A stretch of DNA of 32,000 bases from Promethearchaeum syntrophicum (GTDB lineage Archaea > Asgardarchaeota > Lokiarchaeia > Sigyniarchaeales > Promethearchaeaceae): contig NZ_CP042905.2 of assembly GCF_008000775.2 (NCBI RefSeq), forward strand, positions 90,001 to 122,000, in the 5' to 3' direction. The position numbers and the translations under genes are program-made. Below the pieces are notes generated by a model. That model was given only the letters and a program-made list of their open reading frames with translations, was not told the DNA's origin and made no database searches. The stretch's first letter is position 1, and every line of letters begins with the position of its first letter. Below are positions 27,376 through 32,000 of this stretch, in pieces.

Positions 27376-28542
27376 TTACATATTAAATTCAATTGAAACC
27401 TCAAATTCATCCAATTGTTTATTTTTTAAAACATGAAATACCGCACGAGTGTGAGCAAGTCTGAATCTTTTCAAGCTAATACAGACAAAGTGAACTTTAA
27501 AATTTCCTACTTTTAATGGGATTTTTAAATTAAATTTTAACAAGAATGGAATTTGAGGTTTTAATAAAATTCCATTAATTTTTTGCTTTTCACCCGTAGA
27601 AGGGGAAAATAATTCAAAAGAAATTTGAATTGGAGAAGAATCAGGATTAAATAAAGACATTTGGAGTTCACATTCTTTAACAAGTTCTTCTTTTTCCATT
27701 TTAAATAGAGCAATATTTTGATATATTTCATTTGTTTCTGTAAAAATCAAATTGTGGCACTCAATCTTAGGAAGAATGCTAAATTCTTTGAAAAATTCTT
27801 TCTTTTCTAAAACAGGGGTTTTTCGTTCATCTTTAATTAAATTAATAATTTTTTGAATCGTAATATCTTTATTTTTATTAATTTCCGGTAGTTCAGTAAA
27901 GTATAAAGGTCCAAAAATTACGCCCCCAAAATTAACTATCTCGAGATTTTTAGTCTGTTTTATAATTTGAAATATATTTTGAAAATTTGGATGATTCATT
28001 ATTAAAGGTGCAACTAGAATCCCATTTATTGAAAGTTGATCAATTAAGGAATATGGTATAAAAGGAATCGCCCCTGTTATTAATATTTTTGAATAAGGCC
28101 CATTCTTAGGTAAACCAAATAGAGGATTTTGGCGTTGAACCCAGAGATTTTTTATTCCTAATTTTATAAATGCTTCTTCGGTTATTGAAGCAACTTCATC
28201 ATGTTGTTCAACTATAGTAACTTTTTCTACTGCTTGTGAAATTGTAGCTTCAATTATACCACCTTTGGAACCCAAAATTAAAACATTATCTGAGGAATCC
28301 AGTTCCATCATTGAAGTCATCATACTAATCATATGAGGAGCTGAAACGGTTCTGATATTCTTTTTGTCTTTATAGTAAAAAAGAACAGGGCTGTCTGCTA
28401 ATATAAACCTTTTCAATTGATCTTCTGTAAGTAATCTTTCTAAAGGTAAGTTTCCAAGAATTTCTTTAATACGAATATCACGTAGATATCCCATTTTAAT
28501 ATGTTTAGCTAATAAAATTTGAAATAATTTTTGAAAATTCAT
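27376..28542 (-). CDS. Protein-L-isoaspartate O-methyltransferase-like (PCMT) domain fused to a beta-rich C-terminal domain
   Basis: KNIRTVSAPHMISMMTSMMELDSSDNVLILGSKGG...VTIVEQHDEVASITEEAFIKLG...GPYSKILITGAIPFIPYSLIDQLSINGILVAPL. Confidence 0.7.
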   Translation of the reverse strand: MNFQKLFQILLAKHIKMGYLRDIRIKEILGNLPLERLLTEDQLKRFILADSPVLFYYKDKKNIRTVSAPHMISMMTSMMELDSSDNVLILGSKGGIIEATISQAVEKVTIVEQHDEVASITEEAFIKLGIKNLWVQRQNPLFGLPKNGPYSKILITGAIPFIPYSLIDQLSINGILVAPLIMNHPNFQNIFQIIKQTKNLEIVNFGGVIFGPLYFTELPEINKNKDITIQKIINLIKDERKTPVLEKKEFFKEFSILPKIECHNLIFTETNEIYQNIALFKMEKEELVKECELQMSLFNPDSSPIQISFELFSPSTGEKQKINGILLKPQIPFLLKFNLKIPLKVGNFKVHFVCISLKRFRLAHTRAVFHVLKNKQLDEFEVSIEFNM

Positions 28543-28736
28543 AAGATAATATTCCTTCGAATCCTAGTATTCCCTAAAAAAAACAAATACTTAATTGTTA
28601 TCAGAATTAAGCTGTTTAGAAGAAATTCTTCTAAAATTGTAAAAATAAATATTTAAGAATGTATTTTATTTAAGTAGTAGGAAAAAATGTATACCTTTTC
28701 TGATAATATATAAGCTAAAAGTGGAGTATAAATTTA

Positions 28737-29954
28737 ATGGCTGTTGAGAAAGATAGAGATTCAAATCAAACTATTGAAAAAGAAAAAGATTCGAACTATT
28801 TGATTACATATACCCGACATTTAGAACGAAGATTGCGTAATTTGGAATCTACAAAATCAAAACTAGAAAGAGAATTATTATCTAGTCAACGAGATCTCAC
28901 AAATCTGCGACAAGAACTAGATCGATTACGACAACCACCTTTAATATCAGCAACAGTAACAGATAATTTACCTGATAATAGGGCAATTGTTAAATCTAGT
29001 TCAGGACCGTCATTCGTTGTAAATATTGCGCGTAAAGTAGACTCAAAAAAATTGAAGGTTAATGATCGCGTTGCACTAAATCAAAGAACTTTTTCAATAA
29101 TGGAAGCTTTGCCATCTATTGTTGATCCTTTTGTTCAAGTTATGGAAATTAGTGAAAAACCAACAGAATATTCGTATGAAGATATTGGTGGTTTAGAAGA
29201 GCAATTACAAGAAGTACGAGAAACAGTTGAGTTACCATTATTACGTCCAGAACTTTTCGAAAAAGTTGGAATCAATCCTCCAAAAGGAATACTATTATTT
29301 GGAAGCCCTGGAACAGGGAAAACTTTGGTTGCTAAAGCCGTTGCAAATGCGACTAATGCAACATTTATTCGTATTATCGGTAGTGAATTAGTACAGAAAT
29401 TTATTGGGGAAGGAGCTAGAATGGTTCGTGAACTATTTGAGATGGCACGAAATAAAACTCCTGCGATAATATTTATAGATGAACTAGATGCAATCGGCTC
29501 TAAAAGATTGCAAGTTGCCACATCTGGTGATCGTGAGGTTCAACGCACATTAATGCAATTATTAAGTGAATTAGACGGATTTAACAATCGAGGGGATGTA
29601 CGTATTATTGGAGCAACTAACAGACCAGATATATTGGATCCGGCATTATTGAGACCAGGACGCTTTGATCGCTTAATAGAATTTCCCCCTCCAAACGAAG
29701 AGGCAAGAATTAAGATTTTTGAAATTCATACAAAATCGATGAATTTAGATAAAAAAGCAAAGAACTTTAAAAATTATATATCCTCAACAGAAGGTGCAAC
29801 TGGAGCAGAAATTAATGCAATAGTAATGGAAGCAGGTATGTTTGCAATTCGTAGAGAATCGGATATTATTTCCTTTGCAGATTTTCAAAAAGCGATTACG
29901 AAAGTGATTAAAGGATCCAAAAAATCTCACGCAAGATTTGAACTTTATGCTTAA
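28737..29954 (+). CDS. pan: Proteasome-activating nucleotidase (AAA+ ATPase)
   Basis: N-terminal coiled coil, OB domain, GSPGTGKTLVAKAVANATNATFIRIIGSELVQKFIGEGARMVRELFEMA, IIFIDELDAIGSKR, NRPDILDPALLRPGRFDR, C-terminal L-Y-A (Hb-Y-X). Confidence 0.93.
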   Translation: MAVEKDRDSNQTIEKEKDSNYLITYTRHLERRLRNLESTKSKLERELLSSQRDLTNLRQELDRLRQPPLISATVTDNLPDNRAIVKSSSGPSFVVNIARKVDSKKLKVNDRVALNQRTFSIMEALPSIVDPFVQVMEISEKPTEYSYEDIGGLEEQLQEVRETVELPLLRPELFEKVGINPPKGILLFGSPGTGKTLVAKAVANATNATFIRIIGSELVQKFIGEGARMVRELFEMARNKTPAIIFIDELDAIGSKRLQVATSGDREVQRTLMQLLSELDGFNNRGDVRIIGATNRPDILDPALLRPGRFDRLIEFPPPNEEARIKIFEIHTKSMNLDKKAKNFKNYISSTEGATGAEINAIVMEAGMFAIRRESDIISFADFQKAITKVIKGSKKSHARFELYA

Positions 29955-29992
29955 ATTTTTTAAGGTTATTTACCTTAATTGAGTGATTTTAC

Positions 29993-30502
29993 ATGAAAAT
30001 GAACTCATTTTCAAAAAAAGAATTATTTCTCCATATTTTTTCAATTTTGAGTTATCAATTTAACGAAAATTTTGCTACTGAATTTTTAAGTCTTTATGAA
30101 AAAATGACCTTTAAATTTTCGAAAAACACAGGAAAATTGAAACATATATATGCTAATAATATTTTACAAGCAAATTATAGAGCTTCTTTGGGAACTTTTT
30201 CTTTAACAATTGATGCTGCAAAAAGAGTCCTAAATAAGATTAAGTTCCCTACTTTTCGAGTTCAAGTTCAATCTGATGTGTCAGAATTTATAGCAGATGG
30301 AAAATCTGTATTCGCAAAACATGTTAAAACAGTAGATCCGAACTTAAGACTTGGAAATGAAGTATTTATCGTTGATGAACAAGATAACTTATTAGCTGTT
30401 GGTAAATTATCTTTACCTCCAAATTATATCCCTTATTTTCAGTTTGGAAGTGCAGTTAATGTAAGACAAGGAATCAACTCAAAAAAAGCAAAAAAATCTT
30501 AA
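29993..30502 (+). CDS. PUA-domain protein
   Basis: VQVQSDVSEFIADGKSVFAKHVKTVDPNLRLGNEVFIVDEQDNLLAVGKLSLPPNYI-type PUA pattern. Confidence 0.75.
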   Translation: MKMNSFSKKELFLHIFSILSYQFNENFATEFLSLYEKMTFKFSKNTGKLKHIYANNILQANYRASLGTFSLTIDAAKRVLNKIKFPTFRVQVQSDVSEFIADGKSVFAKHVKTVDPNLRLGNEVFIVDEQDNLLAVGKLSLPPNYIPYFQFGSAVNVRQGINSKKAKKS

Positions 30503-30526
30503 ATCTAGTATTTGTTTTAAATAATT

Positions 30527-31048
30527 ATGGGAAAATTACCTAAAAGTATGCAAGAAAAAAAAAGAAAAGCTAAAGCTTTACGAACTCAAGGTTCGGCTCC
30601 ATCTAATAAATCTAATGTTTCAAACAAATCCATGAATCGTCAAATGCGAAGACGAATGCAACAACAAGGTGTTGATGGAATGGAACCAATAGAAGCATAC
30701 AGAGTTATTATCCAAACCGAAAATGAAGATTTAGTTATTGATGATCCTCAAGTTATAAAAGTAAAACAACAGGGAATGGAAGTTTTTCAAGTAATTGGAT
30801 CTCCTAAGAAACAACCAGCCTCATCCTATAAAACTGGTCAAATTGATAATAATCTTGAGACTTCTGCAGATTCTGAAGAAATACAAGAAGAATTTGATGA
30901 TGATAGTAATTTAAATGTCGAAATCACAGAGCAAGACATACAACTTGTTTCAATGCAAACCGGAGTTACTCCTAAAGAAGCAGAAAGGGCACTAAAGGAA
31001 ACTAATGGAGATTTAGCTCGTGCTATTATTAATTTAAAAACAAAATAA
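30527..31048 (+). CDS. nac: Archaeal nascent polypeptide-associated complex protein (NAC-alpha with UBA)
   Basis: NRQMRRRMQQQGVDGMEPIEAYRVIIQTENEDLVIDDPQVIKVKQQGMEVFQVIG, and C-terminal UBA EQDIQLVSMQTGVTPKEAERALKETNGDLARAIINLK. Confidence 0.9.
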   Translation: MGKLPKSMQEKKRKAKALRTQGSAPSNKSNVSNKSMNRQMRRRMQQQGVDGMEPIEAYRVIIQTENEDLVIDDPQVIKVKQQGMEVFQVIGSPKKQPASSYKTGQIDNNLETSADSEEIQEEFDDDSNLNVEITEQDIQLVSMQTGVTPKEAERALKETNGDLARAIINLKTK

Positions 31049-31099
31049 TCTATAGTAAAGCATTGTATAGTAATTTTTTTTTAACGTATTTAATTTGGT

Positions 31100-31417
31100 A
31101 TGATTGAAATGTCTGTTATTGCAGCGAAAAAAGCAGAGCAAAAAAAAGGTCCAGAAGCAATTTTCCTTTATATGGGACTAACTTTTGGTGTGGTAATAAT
31201 TCTTGAATTATTCCTATATCTGGTCTTTAGTTGGGAATTATCACAATCTTTTATGGTAAGTATAATGTATTTTCTAATGTTAGGGGCTTTATGTATTGGA
31301 ATAACATCATTTATTCGTGAGCACTCATTGCAATATTCAAATTTTAAAAATTGGTTTTATAGCTTTCTTTTTATAAGTATATTAGTAGGAGCAGTTTTAG
31401 GGGCATATATGTGGTAA
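31100..31417 (+). CDS. Small three-TM membrane protein
   Basis: Three hydrophobic spans in 105 aa. Confidence 0.6.
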   Translation: MIEMSVIAAKKAEQKKGPEAIFLYMGLTFGVVIILELFLYLVFSWELSQSFMVSIMYFLMLGALCIGITSFIREHSLQYSNFKNWFYSFLFISILVGAVLGAYMW

Positions 31418-31459
31418 TTTTCTGTTTTTTTTATTAAAACTCAGAAAAAATCAAGTTTA

Positions 31460-31813
31460 TTAATTTCTCTTTAAGATTTTAATTCTCTCATCAATTGTTT
31501 CCAAGAAGTGTAAATTCGGAGACCCTTGAGCAATATTAGCAGCAATGTTATAAGTACGAAGCGCATCTTGTTGATATCCACATTGTTCTAATAAAAACCC
31601 TTTTTCTGCAATTGTTTTTGCTAATCCAAGTTTATTTGGTAATTGTTGTTTAATAGCGATAACTTGATTAAATAAACTTAATGCAAGATTATATTGACCT
31701 TGAAATTTAGCTTTGTGAATTTCCTGCTCGAGTTTAAAGAGATTTACAATTTTTTTCATTGGCGATAAGTTACCCATATAAAGCTGATTAAAAATAAATA
31801 ATTTGAAATTCAT
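31460..31813 (-). CDS. Short TPR-like helical protein
   Basis: KAKFQGQYNLALSLFNQVIAIKQQLPNKLGLAKTIAEKGFLLEQCGYQQDALRTYNIAANIAQ. Confidence 0.5.
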   Translation of the reverse strand: MNFKLFIFNQLYMGNLSPMKKIVNLFKLEQEIHKAKFQGQYNLALSLFNQVIAIKQQLPNKLGLAKTIAEKGFLLEQCGYQQDALRTYNIAANIAQGSPNLHFLETIDERIKILKRN

Positions 31814-31881
31814 TGATATTGAGAAAACATGTGTATATTACATAATCAAAATTTTAATTTTAAAACCATTTATAATATTTA

Positions 31882-32000
31882 ATGAGTATGAGAAATACTG
31901 ATTCAAACCATTCAAAAGTATCTGTTGAAATTAAATGCTCAATTGAAGGTGATTTGTCAAATCTAATCTTAATTTTCAGTTTAGATAAAGGAAATACATG
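31882..32000 (+). CDS. Start of a CDS truncated by the window edge; product unclear
   Basis: ATG at 31882, open to the edge: MSMRNTDSNHSKVSVEIKCSIEGDLSNLILIFSLDKGNT. Confidence 0.4.
   Translation, partial: MSMRNTDSNHSKVSVEIKCSIEGDLSNLILIFSLDKGNT

Noticed and set aside
29135-29521. 128-aa minus-strand ORF
   Set aside because: Lies opposite the conserved Walker region of pan; antisense artefact.
1-32000. CRISPR array, rRNA or tRNA genes, IS transposase genes
   Set aside because: None recognised by motif on either strand; a tRNAscan/Infernal run would be needed to exclude small or divergent ones.

Overview
AT-rich window, most likely from an Asgard (Lokiarchaeia-like) archaeon. This is an inference from co-occurrence of a PAN proteasomal ATPase with a C-terminal Hb-Y-X, archaeal NAC-alpha with a UBA tail, a longin-like domain protein, C2H2-finger and LRR proteins, and archaeal TATA boxes. 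The right ~9 kb (about 23-32 kb) is mostly housekeeping or short hypothetical operons. The left ~22 kb is accessory. It holds an LRR gene broken by one in-frame TAA; a C2H2-finger/coiled-coil protein next to an Orc/STAND-like P-loop ATPase that carries an internal PD...ExQxK nuclease-like domain; a 738-aa protein ending in a PRTase-CE-like domain; a wHTH protein; a PD-(D/E)XK protein with a Lys-rich tail; and a YwgA-like/YwfO-like HD-hydrolase pair. It also holds a membrane-anchored LVIVD propeller, an RHH/PIN toxin-antitoxin pair and a Fic protein. The least explained signal is a family of four same-orientation ~125-nt intergenic repeats ending in T-rich tracts (about 788, 15914, 18199 and 19300). 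Two of them closely bracket the RHH/PIN module, and the last abuts a relic of a racemase gene whose intact paralogue lies 1.1 kb away. I also report a TrmO-like gene missing from the ORF track that seems to start at ATT with a good Shine-Dalgarno, and a duplicated 64-nt unit with CCTTACA/TGTAAGG inverted ends upstream of fic. No CRISPR array, rRNA or tRNA was recognised. All homology statements come from motif reading, not from searches.
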